A stretch of 64,000 nucleotides of DNA, from contig CAKKNE010000002.1 in assembly GCA_918797485.1 (NCBI GenBank), positions 5,642,001 to 5,706,000 on the forward strand, in the 5' to 3' direction. A model generated the notes under the pieces. That model had not been told where the DNA came from. It did not search any database and saw only the letters and a list, made by a program, of their open reading frames with translations. Below, one piece after another: positions 20,394 to 31,340 of the stretch. The stretch comes from Pelagomonas calceolata. Lineage: Eukaryota. Position 1 is the stretch's first letter, and the number at the start of each line of letters is the position of its first letter. The translations under genes were made by a program, and so were the position numbers.

Positions 20394-23300
20394 TCAGTAG
20401 TAGTTGTCCCGGATCACGCGCGACGACCGCGCCCGGAGCCGCGCGACTTCCCGCGCCACCCCGTGCGTGTTGTACAGCGCCTCCAGCGCCGCGACGCGCC
20501 CGGCGTGTAATCTCAAAGGCGCGCCCCTTCTCAAGCCGACGTCCTCCTCGCCGTGGTCGTCGACGTAGATCGACGGCGCGTACGACGCGTGCGGCCCCCG
20601 CACCAAGAGGACCGCGCATTTCAGCACGAGGAAGAAGACGCCGACGCCGTCGCCGTTGATGCGCCGCGCGTGTAACGTGCAATTCCCGGGAGCACCGGGC
20701 CGCTTCGCGCCCGCATGTAACACGCGCCCCGTGAGCAAACAGACCGCGGCGCCGTGGTCGACGTCGTCGCCACCTAACCCGCGCGCGTCCCGGAGTCGCG
20801 CGTACAACTCCGTGAACGACTCCGGCAGCTTGACGAAGCGCGTCGCGCGCCGCGACGGCTGCAGCGTGCGCAGCCCGAGGTGGGACACGTCCCAGGTGGC
20901 ATGTCTTCTACCGGAAGCGTCCGGCGCGGCGTGGCCCGCCAATGAAGCCAATAATGGTGTCGGCGCGTCGCCGACCCCGGACACGCCATCATCATCCCCG
21001 AGAATCGGCGCGTGGAGCAGCTGCTCGTCATCCGTATCGTCGGAGGAGATCTCGCCATCTGAAGCGTCGAAGCAGCGCGCCTGTGAATCGTCGTCGTCGA
21101 GCGTCGAGAGGCAGAGCGCGTCGTCCTCGTCGGACGGCGCCGACGGCGGCTTCAAAGGCGGTCTCGAGGCCCCTTCATATAAAGCGCGAAAGCTCCTACA
21201 CCAACACTCCGCTAATCTAGCGTACGGCGGCGTGCTTAGTAGGGCAAACGAGATGGATAGGGGTTCTTGCGTCGAAGAGCAAGCCTCCAACGCGACGTCG
21301 ATGGCCAAGGCCAACGGCCCGACGGCCTCCTTTACGGCAGATGGCGACGGCACTACTGATCTAGGAGCCAGACCCGCCGCCGAGCGACAGACGCGATCTA
21401 ACACACGCAATCCTTCAATCTCCTCCTCGCTATCCTCATGAGTAGAGGTGGGCGCCTCCGGCTCGAGCAACAGTTGCACGATGCGCGCGAACACGACCGC
21501 GTCCCGCAACCGACACAAGTCGCCGCGCGGCCAGAGCGAGCAGCACCCGCAAAAGAACGCACACAAGTCCCACGCGAGGAGCGGCTGCCTTAAAGCTTCG
21601 TCCGTGCGCTGCGCGTTGCCTTGGGCTTCGCCGCGCCACGTCGCCGCGTCGGCGCCGTCGGGCCGTGCCAACGCGAAGGGCGCGTGGCATAGGCCCAAAG
21701 GTAGCGCCGGCGTCGCCTGGGCGATTTGCTGGCGTAGCATATCATTGATCGCGAGCATGTGGTCCTCGGCAAAAGTTCTACAGAGCCACTTGCTACCGTC
21801 CCAGTGTAAGGCGTCGGCTCTTATGGTTATGACGCTCTCCTCGTCGACGAAGCGCCGTAAACCATACTTCCTCAACAGCAAGCGTTCTGCCGATGACGTG
21901 TGGGTCGTCAACGACTCGCGCTCCCAGGCCTCCTCCGTCGCGCGGAACGGGGGCGGACTCCGCAGTAACACGTCACCGCTCAACAGGTTGGCCAAGCGGG
22001 AAGATAACGTAGAACCCCCCCCGACCATCGCGTAGCCGTCCACGCCGCCGCACCTCAACGCGCGCATGCAGGCCTTCGCGGCTCTTCTAGCACTTTCGTC
22101 GCCGTCGCCGCGCGTCGCGGACAGCAACGAAAAGCCGCAGGCCGCCCACGCGCTTAAGGCCGCCGCCGGCGGCCTTAATGCTGGCGGCGCCGCGCCACCA
22201 TCAGCAGCATCAGATAAAGCATCCACTAACCTTCGAGCCGCGCCATCTAAGGACGTTCTGGGCGCATCGGGCGCCGGAGGGGCGTTATGCCACCTTTCGA
22301 CGACCTCCGGCAAGGATAGTTGGGGAGCCGCGGGCTCGTCCCTAGCTTCCAAGACGGGATCTTCAACACAGGGCACCAGACAGTTCGCCAGGCCCTTGCA
22401 GAGCGGGCATAAAAACTCCCTTCGGGACACGTCGACGCAGAATCTCCCGTCGTACGACGTCTCTCCCGCCAGGTATTTCTGTAACACAGAAGCATAATAC
22501 GCGTCCCAGCACCCATAATGCACTCGATGACCGCAAGAAGCGACATGCACCCTCACCCGGCCCCAGCGCTTCCACGCCGACGGCTGCATCGGAATTAACG
22601 CGTCGTCGACGCCCGCGTGCTGGTCCTGTCGCAGTGACACCCACCCCACAACGTTGGAGGACTGGACCTTCGCCGACGAGCCTCTGACATGAGTCACCCG
22701 CACCTCGTCGCCGCGCTTGAAGCGTAGGACGACGCGACCCGAAGGTCGCCCGTCTTTGAGTAACTGACGGGCTTGGCAGCTTCTATTCGCGACCCAGCGC
22801 CTCCGATCGCCTCGTCGTTCTCGATCGACTTGCCTCGCCAACACACAACTCCGTTGCGCCAACGCCACAAAACCCAGGGGATCATCATCGGTAGCCGCCC
22901 CCCGACACATGATGCACGACGCGTCACATTGCTTCTCAGACTTGGACTCCTCGGCGGCGGCCTCCTCGGCCGCGAGCAAGGCCGCGAACCGGTCTTGCCT
23001 CGCCTTCATACGCGCCATGACGCGCTTCCTCGCCCGTCTCGCGCGTTCTTTGCGATCCTCGTCGGGCGACGTCGGCGTCTCGGCGAGTTGCGGTGCTCGC
23101 TGCCTTAGTAGAGAAGCACATTCATTTGATTGGGTAGCCACATGCTTGATGAGCCATTCTAAGCCATCATCGTACAAGGGCGAACCGAGGCCGCCCCGGT
23201 CCCTCAGATCCAATAACGCAGGGTAAATAACTTTCGACCATTCATCGACACAACCGTCATGTGCTACGAGTGTCGCTAGATGTAACGCGGCGCCCTCCAG

Positions 23301-26300
23301 TTCTCTTTCACCAGCTTCTTGCGATGACGAAGAACCTCGTCTGAAGGCGCCTTCCAGAGCTCGGAACGTCGTCGGGCTTCGTAACAAAGATTGGCGCATG
23401 TCTACGAAAGACGCGTGGCAATTCGACGGCTTCGCTACTAACGGCATGGCCTTCACGCGCAATCTTCTTCTGATAGATGCTATTCTTTCTTGAGCCTTCT
23501 CGTGATCACTTCTCGACAGGCGGGGAAAGCCGGGGTCGTAGCCCCCGTGCAACTCCCGCCTCAGATCCCACAATTCCCCCGTCGCATCGACGCGCACGGC
23601 GACGCGATTCAGCAAAGACTCCATGGGGACCACCGGCGCGTTCCGCGCGGCGCCGCCGCCAGCACTTACAGCCCCCCCAAAAGCTTTTGCTGCGGCCGCG
23701 ACCACCGCGACGACCTCGGAATGGCGCTGGGGCTGCACCGCTAAAGCGTGCACTAATTCTCTCAAACATCGCTCCTCCAAGGCTTCCGCCCCAGGCGGCG
23801 GCGGCGCGTCCGCCGCGAGCCTCCCAATGAGAGACAAACATTCGGCGGCCGCCGGCGCTAAAGCTTCCTTGGGCGGCGGCTGCGCCGGCCGCGCCCTTTG
23901 TGTTGCGGCCGCGACGTCCTCCGGGTCGTCGTCGTCGTTGGGAGGCGTCCGCGCGACGCGAAACGCGCCCCGTCTTGCTCTTTCACCAGGCTGCGCCGCG
24001 TTTCGTCGCGGCGTCGCGGCGCCGGCCACGGCCGCGGCCGCCGCTAAGCGTAAAGCGCGTCTTCTTTCAGGAGTGGGTGGCGGCGTCGTCTGCAGCGGCT
24101 GCGCCGGCGCCTCGGCGACGCCGGCCGGCGCCGGGGCTGTTGCTGGTAGTCTTAGAGCCGAGGCGATGGCGCCGGCGACGACGGCTACGGCCACGGCCTT
24201 GGCCCGCGCCGCCTCCTTTGCCGCACATGCGCCCGCGGAAGTCTTCGCCGCGACGTCGCCATCAGTTTCCGGTTGGAGCAGGTAGCGGTCGACGCAGAAC
24301 CGTTCTAAGCATAATCTAGCGACGGCATCGCCTCCTAGAGCCAGAGCGCCGACTTGCACCGCGCTCACGTCGGCATCTCGCAGCGCGTGGCAGAGCGGCG
24401 GCGACGCATAGGATAAAGCCGCGGATAATGCAGCGTGGCCGTTCCTTCGCCACAATCCGGCGGCGACGTGGGCGCCACACGCTAAAGCTCGTAGTGGGTG
24501 GTCCACTAATGCTCTTCCCAGAGCGTCTCGGACCCGAGACGCTTCTTCGGGCGACGTGCACTGCTGTAGACCCACTCCACATTTGTCATCGGACGACGCT
24601 TTCCCGAACAAATCGGCTAACTCAGTCGACGCCAGCGTCTTGACCGCCTTCCGCTCCGTGTCGTCGTCCTCGTCGTCCGACAAGTCTTCCAATCTCTCCG
24701 CGGCGACGACGACGCGCCGTCGGTCTCGAGGTGCCGCCGACGCTAGAGGTGGGAGTGGATCCAAGCCAACGGCCGCGGCTTTGAGAGCGGCAGCCGCCAC
24801 GAATCTATGTAAAGGTAAGTGTAGAGATACGGGCTGCGAGCAGACATCGTACAGTATAACATCTCCATCACTCTGAACTGTCAATTCTTCAAATTTCGAG
24901 ACGCGTCTCCATTCATGGGTACCGGCCCTAGCTGCCAGCCACTCGAGTAAAGCCGCGGCGCCGCCCCACAGAGCGCCTAGCGCGGCTTCCCGGCCATCGT
25001 CCACTTCGAGAGCTCGAGCGACGAGCAACTCGGTAGCAGACGCCACATTTAACGCGAGGTTAAATGCGGGCACCCATCTTCTGGATTCATATTCTACATG
25101 GGGCTCCGACCCATCCCTTCTCGTGGCCTCATCCACACCTTGCAAGCGCGACAGTAAAGCCAGCCACGCTCGCAAAGGCGCCCGGCCCGGCCCGCCCTCA
25201 TCCACAAACTCGGCCCGTAGCATCTCGTGGGCGACCTTCTCCGTCTGCAGGGCGTACTCGAAATCACGTAAAGCGTGCGCGAACCGTCGATGTTGGACCA
25301 CGGGCTCTTCCAGGAACCGGTCCGGGTCTATTGAAGGAGTTGTGCTACGTCTCCGAGGCGTGGCTCCCGGACTCGAATCTTCTTGGCGCCACCTCTCCAG
25401 GATCTGTTGCCTTCGTTCATCCTCTTCGTCCGACTCGCTTTCGTGCGGCAGGGGCGACGACGGTTCCAAGGCTGGCGGCGCTCTTCGAGAAGGTCTCGCG
25501 TGCCTCCCTTCTCTTCTTCGTTCTCTTGCTGCATCACAACCGGCAGACCCTAAACAGGCCAGTAGAGCTCTGAGGACGACCGCTAAAACACCAGCATGCG
25601 CTAGTTTTGGGTCGTCGCGTCTCGGTGTTAATGCACGTCGTACTAATGAAGGCGTCGTGAAGATCTGCACAGATAAAGCAAATATAGTGTCGTCGGCCGT
25701 GCCCACGCCGCGCGCGAATAGTCGAGACACACTCCCGTAGGCGCCTAGTAGAGCATCGGCGAGCGACGCCCGCGCGACGGCGTCCACTAAAGCCCTCAAC
25801 AGCACGTCGTGGCACGCGGAACGTAGCGGTCTTGGGAGTAGCGCGTCGCAGGCCACCAAAACGCCAAAGGCACTGGAAGCGAAGCCGCTCTCACCTTCGT
25901 CGAGCTGCAGTCGCCTTTCACTCTTCTCTAGTCGCTCAACCAATGAGAAGCGCGACGACTTGAGTAGAGCAGGCGCGCCCGGCGTATTGGGTAAGGGTAG
26001 AGGCGCCGCGAAGGCGTCCGCCACGAGGCGTCGCAGGGCGTCCGCACCTCTCACCAACTCCGAGAGCCACTTCGCGAGTTGCGTGGCTCGCAGTTCTCGT
26101 TCAAGTAGCTCGTCGTCGACCGCCGCACCTAGTAACCCGCGCGCGTGCACGGCTCGTAATGCTGTTTGGGCGTCACCGAGCGGCAACAACGCGTCGCCCT
26201 CGCGGTCTACCCTTCCAGCTAAATCGCGAGCTCGTGCTACTGAGAGACCGAGACCAGCTAAGGCGCCAATGACATCGTCATACGAGTGGACGTCGTCGTC

Positions 26301-27092
26301 GTGCAATCTCACCCTAACACCTTGATCCTCGTCCCTCGATTGCGCTGCTGCGGAAAGTCTATCTAACAAGCCCGTCTCCTCGTTCGGTTCCGTCGTCGAG
26401 AAGGCCGGGTTCGAGTTGAAGGGTTCGTGGGCACCGGCCGCCCGCACAGCGGCTCCCACGACATACCGAGCCGCTTCTCGTACCACAACTTCGCCCGCTT
26501 GCCTTAGACCGGGTGGTAGTGATGCTAGAGGATCCTCCTCGACGACCGAAGACGCTCGGTGCTTCGCGCAGCAGCCCTCGGCGACCCATGCCTCCGGGTC
26601 CCCGCAGTCGCAACAGCCGCCCGGCGCGGCCCGGTGGAAGAAGACCTCGTGGCCCTGGTGATTTGAGGATCTAAAACAAGCGTCACAAAGGACACACGTG
26701 TTGTCTTTTTGGCAGGTTCTGCAATTCCACGCAATATCGCCCGCGGCAAAAACGTGGCCACAAGCTCTTTGATTCGTTTCTGCTAGCTTCGCTAATAACC
26801 CAAACGGTCCGTCATTCTGGGCCACGCGGCAGCACAAGAGATGCGTGGCCCAGCTCCTCAGTTGCTTCGGCGGGGCACTCGCGAAGCACCTTCTCGCGGC
26901 CCTCGCAATAGCCTCGGTGTCGCCGTCGGCATGGGCGGCCGACACACACGCGGCGAACTCATGCGGAGAGAAGCGCTCCGCTAAGGGAGCGTCGCTCGCT
27001 AAAGCCGCCTTGAGGAGCTCCGTCGGGCTCGGCTCGGACGCGTGCACAGGCGTCAGGGCCGGGTCCTCGGGCTCGGGCTGGCTGATGTTCAT
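20394..27092 (-). CDS. UBR1/2/3-type N-recognin E3 ubiquitin ligase
   Basis: UBR box (CGHVF...CRTC..DNTCVLC..CF...HQGH...GGCCDCGD), ClpS-like LHDDDVHSYDDVI, split RING (CIMC...CGH.VH..C...CPLCK) and C-terminal Y.DDHGEED.GLRRG. Confidence 0.9.
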   Translation of the reverse strand: MNISQPEPEDPALTPVHASEPSPTELLKAALASDAPLAERFSPHEFAACVSAAHADGDTEAIARAARRCFASAPPKQLRSWATHLLCCRVAQNDGPFGLLAKLAETNQRACGHVFAAGDIAWNCRTCQKDNTCVLCDACFRSSNHQGHEVFFHRAAPGGCCDCGDPEAWVAEGCCAKHRASSVVEEDPLASLPPGLRQAGEVVVREAARYVVGAAVRAAGAHEPFNSNPAFSTTEPNEETGLLDRLSAAAQSRDEDQGVRVRLHDDDVHSYDDVIGALAGLGLSVARARDLAGRVDREGDALLPLGDAQTALRAVHARGLLGAAVDDELLERELRATQLAKWLSELVRGADALRRLVADAFAAPLPLPNTPGAPALLKSSRFSLVERLEKSERRLQLDEGESGFASSAFGVLVACDALLPRPLRSACHDVLLRALVDAVARASLADALLGAYGSVSRLFARGVGTADDTIFALSVQIFTTPSLVRRALTPRRDDPKLAHAGVLAVVLRALLACLGSAGCDAARERRREGRHARPSRRAPPALEPSSPLPHESESDEEDERRQQILERWRQEDSSPGATPRRRSTTPSIDPDRFLEEPVVQHRRFAHALRDFEYALQTEKVAHEMLRAEFVDEGGPGRAPLRAWLALLSRLQGVDEATRRDGSEPHVEYESRRWVPAFNLALNVASATELLVARALEVDDGREAALGALWGGAAALLEWLAARAGTHEWRRVSKFEELTVQSDGDVILYDVCSQPVSLHLPLHRFVAAAALKAAAVGLDPLPPLASAAPRDRRRVVVAAERLEDLSDDEDDDTERKAVKTLASTELADLFGKASSDDKCGVGLQQCTSPEEASRVRDALGRALVDHPLRALACGAHVAAGLWRRNGHAALSAALSYASPPLCHALRDADVSAVQVGALALGGDAVARLCLERFCVDRYLLQPETDGDVAAKTSAGACAAKEAARAKAVAVAVVAGAIASALRLPATAPAPAGVAEAPAQPLQTTPPPTPERRRALRLAAAAAVAGAATPRRNAAQPGERARRGAFRVARTPPNDDDDPEDVAAATQRARPAQPPPKEALAPAAAECLSLIGRLAADAPPPPGAEALEERCLRELVHALAVQPQRHSEVVAVVAAAAKAFGGAVSAGGGAARNAPVVPMESLLNRVAVRVDATGELWDLRRELHGGYDPGFPRLSRSDHEKAQERIASIRRRLRVKAMPLVAKPSNCHASFVDMRQSLLRSPTTFRALEGAFRRGSSSSQEAGERELEGAALHLATLVAHDGCVDEWSKVIYPALLDLRDRGGLGSPLYDDGLEWLIKHVATQSNECASLLRQRAPQLAETPTSPDEDRKERARRARKRVMARMKARQDRFAALLAAEEAAAEESKSEKQCDASCIMCRGAATDDDPLGFVALAQRSCVLARQVDRERRGDRRRWVANRSCQARQLLKDGRPSGRVVLRFKRGDEVRVTHVRGSSAKVQSSNVVGWVSLRQDQHAGVDDALIPMQPSAWKRWGRVRVHVASCGHRVHYGCWDAYYASVLQKYLAGETSYDGRFCVDVSRREFLCPLCKGLANCLVPCVEDPVLEARDEPAAPQLSLPEVVERWHNAPPAPDAPRTSLDGAARRLVDALSDAADGGAAPPALRPPAAALSAWAACGFSLLSATRGDGDESARRAAKACMRALRCGGVDGYAMVGGGSTLSSRLANLLSGDVLLRSPPPFRATEEAWERESLTTHTSSAERLLLRKYGLRRFVDEESVITIRADALHWDGSKWLCRTFAEDHMLAINDMLRQQIAQATPALPLGLCHAPFALARPDGADAATWRGEAQGNAQRTDEALRQPLLAWDLCAFFCGCCSLWPRGDLCRLRDAVVFARIVQLLLEPEAPTSTHEDSEEEIEGLRVLDRVCRSAAGLAPRSVVPSPSAVKEAVGPLALAIDVALEACSSTQEPLSISFALLSTPPYARLAECWCRSFRALYEGASRPPLKPPSAPSDEDDALCLSTLDDDDSQARCFDASDGEISSDDTDDEQLLHAPILGDDDGVSGVGDAPTPLLASLAGHAAPDASGRRHATWDVSHLGLRTLQPSRRATRFVKLPESFTELYARLRDARGLGGDDVDHGAAVCLLTGRVLHAGAKRPGAPGNCTLHARRINGDGVGVFFLVLKCAVLLVRGPHASYAPSIYVDDHGEEDVGLRRGAPLRLHAGRVAALEALYNTHGVAREVARLRARSSRVIRDNYY

Positions 27093-27123
27093 TCTTGTGT
27101 TTTTGGTGTTCGTCTCTGCTCTT

Positions 27124-27169
27124 GGCCTAGCGCTGCACGGGGCCTAGCGCTGCACGGGGCCTAGCGCTG
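27124..27169. repeat. 17-bp tandem repeat, about 2.7 copies
   Basis: GGCCTAGCGCTGCACGG repeated just upstream of the UBR start. Confidence 0.8.
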
Positions 27170-27350
27170 GATGGGAGCCGAAGTGCTCTTGTCTAGCGCT
27201 GTATGAGTCCGAGGAGTTGGGCGGCCCGTAGGCTCTGATACCTCTCCCAGAGCTCGGGTAGGTTGATGAGGTACTGTTCAACTATCTTGGGCTACCTTTA
27301 GGCTCGTTAAAGCGCCGCGAAGGCTGCTTTTGTCAAGTCCGCTGTGATTC

Positions 27351-27371
27351 CTAGTACTGGTGTAACACTAG
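27351..27371 (+). promoter_or_regulatory. CTAG-bipartite promoter motif (variant)
   Basis: CTAGTACTGGTGTAACACTAG, between divergent genes. Confidence 0.45.
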
Positions 27372-27455
27372 CTCGTTTCTATAACTCGACACAGCAGGGT
27401 CAAGCGCAGTGTTCCAGCCCGCGGCCGTGGAACATAAATACAGACAGCGAAACGC

Positions 27456-27759
27456 ATGCCCGCAGCGGCATCTGTCAGACCCTGCCCCGCCTGCACGTTT
27501 CACAACCTTCCCAGCGCTACGCATTGCGACGTCTGCGACGAGCCTCTCGGCGCTGCAGTAGCGCCGGCCATAATCACTCCCGCGAAGAGCATGGACGGCG
27601 TAAAAGTCAAAACGGAGGGCGTAACCGTCAAGCCGGAGTCCGCCGATGGCGCGGCGCCCGCCGTCGTGAAGACCGAGGTCAAGGCGGAGGTCAAAGACGA
27701 GGACGAGGAGGAGCCCGCCCTCGTCTGCGTGCCGAAGACGGCGCCCAAGAAGAAGCAGG

Positions 27760-27790
<31 letters not shown>

Positions 27791-28730
27791 GCCGCGCGCC
27801 GCGCCGGCACCCGCGCCAGCCGCACAAGCGACGCGGCCCGCGCCCGCCCCGCAAGATGATGATGATGACGACGACGAGGAGCCCGACATCTGCCGGCCGC
27901 GGACGGCCCCCGTCGTAGATGAAGACGAGAAGGTGCCGATGAAGAAGCAGTCCGGGTACCAGTTCCACAACGCGACGCACCGCGCGGCCGTCAAGAAGGA
28001 AATAGAAGAGGCCAATCCGGACATGCCGGCCAAGGAGAAGAACGCGCTGATCACGAAGCGGCTCGGGGACATGTGGGGTAGGTTAGATAAGGCCGCGCAG
28101 CACCGGTACAAGGCCGACGCGCCGTATGTGGTCATAAAACAGAAGGGGCCGCATAAACCGGAGCCGCCGAGACTGGTCGACCTGCCGGCGGGCACGCACG
28201 GCAAGTGCAAGCGGTGCGGCGAAGGCGTGGAAGAGAGAGCTGTGGTTGTAGGTTCTAGAAGGTGGAAGGTCAAGTGCTTCCGGGAGTCGACGTCATTAGA
28301 AGTAGGAGACGGGTCGCACAAGTGCAAGGTCTCCGGTGAGATGATAGAGTCGGGTGCGGTCTGCCTGGCGGTCAAGGTAAAGTCGGCCACTATTTATTTC
28401 GAGGCAAGCAAGGTCGCGCCCTTCCTGCGGGCTTTACTAAAACCGGCGCTGCCCGATGCGTTGTTCGGCGGCTTCGATGCCCTGGGAGGTCCCGAGAAGC
28501 GGGCGTTCTACGCGCTCTTTCCGGACGTGGCGTTGCCGGAGCAGTACAAGAGCAAGGGGCAGAAGGCGCAGGCGAAAACGGCGAAGGAGTTCGACTTCGC
28601 GGCGATGGTGGGGCGCCCGCGCGACACGCGCTACGATATAGATGACGACGACTCCGAGGAGGACGAGGAGCCGGTCGCGCCGGCGCCGAAGAAGCGGCGC
28701 GTCATCGAGGACCTCGAGGACGACGTCTAG
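27456..28730 (+). CDS. RanBP2-type Zn finger plus HMG-box protein
   Basis: CPACTFHN.....CDVC; PMKKQSGYQF...ITKRLGDMWGRL....HRY. Confidence 0.7.
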
Positions 28731-28765
28731 TCCTCTGTGTAAGTGATCATACAAGAACAATGACA

Positions 28766-29983
28766 TTAGGACAGGTCCGCCACGCGGCCCGCATTTATCA
28801 ACGCCTCGAAGCGTCTTTGCGACGGCGCGTAGAGCGCCTCGAGTTTCAATCGCAGCGGCTCGGCGATGGCGAAGGCGCTCTTCCGCGTGCCGCAGTCGTG
28901 CCAGCACGTCTGCTTCCTCGGCGGGTTCACACCGTCGACGCCGAGGAAGCGCGCCACGTTCTGCAGCACGCGCGCCGTCTCCGCGAACAGGGCCTCGGCC
29001 CGGACGGCACCCACACGTGAATAGAGTGAAGCGTACGTGGTCGCGTGGTCCCCATATAACCCCTTGTAGAGGTACCGCTTGCAGGCTGGTCGTATGTTAT
29101 AATTCTTGTTGACCCAGCAGTTCTTGGGCTGGCCGTCGATGAAGTGGGCGCATCGCTCCACGTACTCAACTAATGAATGTCCGGACGACGAGTTCCCACT
29201 CCCACCAATAAATTGCGAGACGGCGGGCGCCAGTACCACGCATCGCCGGAAGACGGGCAATTCCCCTGAAACAGCTTCATTAAACGAACGGTCCTCGCTC
29301 CCCGCCCGCCGGTTCTGGTCCCACGCCGCGTGCGCGCGTTTGATGGGGTCCCGCCAGAGCAGGATGATGTGGGCTTCTGGTAGGAATTTCGACAGGTGGA
29401 CGGCGGCGATAGGATCAGCTAAGTAGTCCGGCGACGCATCTACAATTCCACCTCTCCTACCAAGGCCATTCACGTAGCTTCTGGAGCGGCACGCGTCGAT
29501 GACGTGGTGGCTATCGAAGAAGTGCTGCTCCTTGCGGCCGTTCGGTGCTCGCACGAAATGTGGGGAATTGACGAGAGCGTCATATAGTAGGGTCGTGCCG
29601 CACTTCTGCTCTCCTATGAGCGAGACGAACGGTCGTCCTCGCAAGACAGATAACGGCCCGAAGGCGTCCTCAGAAACGGACCAGGCCGGGCCCTTCACCT
29701 TGAGCGTGGCGACCTTCTTCTCGATTCTTTTAGCGGCGTTCGTGTCCATGTCTGAACACCATGTAAATTCCGTGTCGCAGCGTCGTCGCGCGTTCGCGCA
29801 CTGTAAATCGGAACACGCGAGCTGGCAAGCACAAGGGTCCCGGCCCCTTCGCGGCGTGTTCGGGCAGGCGTGGTCCACTCTACTCGTCGCGAGGCGCGCG
29901 GCGGCGTCGAACAGCTTCGGGTCGAGGTGTTGCTGGGCGGCCGCTATCGAGACGCAGAGCCAGCGCATCATGCTGCCCCGCAT
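28766..29983 (-). CDS. Sulfotransferase (heparan-sulfate OST-like), secretory
   Basis: 5'PSB IGEQKCGTT, KEQHFFD, DASPDY and RDPIKRA. ATG at 29983 or 29971. Confidence 0.8.
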   Translation of the reverse strand: MRGSMMRWLCVSIAAAQQHLDPKLFDAAARLATSRVDHACPNTPRRGRDPCACQLACSDLQCANARRRCDTEFTWCSDMDTNAAKRIEKKVATLKVKGPAWSVSEDAFGPLSVLRGRPFVSLIGEQKCGTTLLYDALVNSPHFVRAPNGRKEQHFFDSHHVIDACRSRSYVNGLGRRGGIVDASPDYLADPIAAVHLSKFLPEAHIILLWRDPIKRAHAAWDQNRRAGSEDRSFNEAVSGELPVFRRCVVLAPAVSQFIGGSGNSSSGHSLVEYVERCAHFIDGQPKNCWVNKNYNIRPACKRYLYKGLYGDHATTYASLYSRVGAVRAEALFAETARVLQNVARFLGVDGVNPPRKQTCWHDCGTRKSAFAIAEPLRLKLEALYAPSQRRFEALINAGRVADLS

Positions 29984-30068
29984 CGATGCGGCTCCCAGCG
30001 ACCCTTCGGTCGCGTTTTCGGGGCAGCGGGCAGCAATTGCGGGCTGCTGGAAAAACAAGCTGTGCTTG

Positions 30069-30090
30069 CTAGTGTGTTACATGCCGCTAG
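30069..30090 (-). promoter_or_regulatory. CTAG-bipartite promoter motif
   Basis: Reverse complement CTAGCGGCATGTAACACACTAG, between divergent genes. Confidence 0.6.
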
Positions 30091-30258
30091 GGCGTGCTGC
30101 CTCCAAAACTACTCGCAGCGTTTTGTGCAGCCTGCCTAGGGCTTTCGACGCAGTTGCATAGCGCAGTAGCCAGCCGAGGACCTCACGCGCCAGCCAGCAT
30201 CACGCCGCCGCCGCTTGAGACGCAGCGGTAGCTCTGCAATTCAAAAGACAGATTTCAA

Positions 30259-31299
30259 ATGGCAGAGACCAACCCGTTTGCCAACGCCGGCGCGGACGCC
30301 GCGAGCCTGCTGGCGCAGACAGCCGAGCAGCCCATGACCTTCGAAACGGCGAAAGCACTCACCAGTAAAGGCGACCACGACGCCGCCATCGACGCCTGGG
30401 CTTCGTTGTTGGAGAAGGCCGTCACGGCCCACGGCGAGACCTCCAAGGAGACGGCGCCGCTGTACTATCGGTATGGCGACGCCCTGCTGAGGAAGTGCGA
30501 GGAGAGCGACCAGTTGTTTGGGGGCGACGACGACAAGGAGAAGGACGAGAACGAGCTGCAGCAGCAGTCGTCGCTGCAGGTCCAGTCCTCGTTGGCCCCC
30601 GTCGAGGACGAGGAAGAGGATTTACAGGACAATAATGCGGAGGCGAAGGAGGCCCTGGCGGAGGACGTGCAGGTCGCGTTTGAAGTCCTAGAAGTTTCGC
30701 GGACGATCTACGAGAAAATCGAGGATAAGGAGGGCTCCGCGGACTGCTGGTTGAGATTAGGTGACTTGGACAAGTTAAATGGACGGTTCGACAGCGCGAT
30801 CACGTCGTATGAATCGTGCCTCAAACTGCGCTTGGAGACGGACGGTCCCCACGCTCGAAGTGTCGCGGACGTGCACTGGTGCTTGGCGTTCGCGCTGGAG
30901 TGCCGCGCCGCTGATAAAGATTGCCCTAACGCGCGGGAGCTGCGAGACCAAGCCCTGGACAACTACGTCAAGTGCGAGGCGGCGCTCAAAGCTGTCGTAT
31001 CTGCAGCAAAGGAGGGCGAGGACATGGCCGCCGTCAAGAGTGTCTTGGATGAACTGTCCGAGACGATCGCCGACGCGAAGGCAAGGCGGGAGCAGGAGCT
31101 CGCCCGTGCGAAAGCTCCGGAGCCGCCCAAGGAGACGACGACGATCGGCTTCGGCACGGCGCCGGCCGCGCCGAGCTCCTCAGTTATGATGTTGCAGCCG
31201 AAGAAGAAGAAGGCTAAGCTCACGCCCGTCGCGCCGCCGGCGCCGCCCTTAGCCGAGAACGGGTCGGCGGGGTCGGCGTCGTCGGGCGCGTCGAACTAA
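30259..31299 (+). CDS. NASP: NASP/Sim3-like SHNi-TPR histone chaperone
   Basis: HGETSKETAPLYYRYGDALL, an acidic insert, EDVQVAFEVLEVSRTIY, LGD...GRF.SA...Y..CL, and a C-terminal TTIGF with basic NLS. Confidence 0.8.
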   Translation: MAETNPFANAGADAASLLAQTAEQPMTFETAKALTSKGDHDAAIDAWASLLEKAVTAHGETSKETAPLYYRYGDALLRKCEESDQLFGGDDDKEKDENELQQQSSLQVQSSLAPVEDEEEDLQDNNAEAKEALAEDVQVAFEVLEVSRTIYEKIEDKEGSADCWLRLGDLDKLNGRFDSAITSYESCLKLRLETDGPHARSVADVHWCLAFALECRAADKDCPNARELRDQALDNYVKCEAALKAVVSAAKEGEDMAAVKSVLDELSETIADAKARREQELARAKAPEPPKETTTIGFGTAPAAPSSSVMMLQPKKKKAKLTPVAPPAPPLAENGSAGSASSGASN

Positions 31300-31340
31300 G
31301 GGGCCTTGGTATTTATTCGGTGGGTAGTGGGGATACTTCC

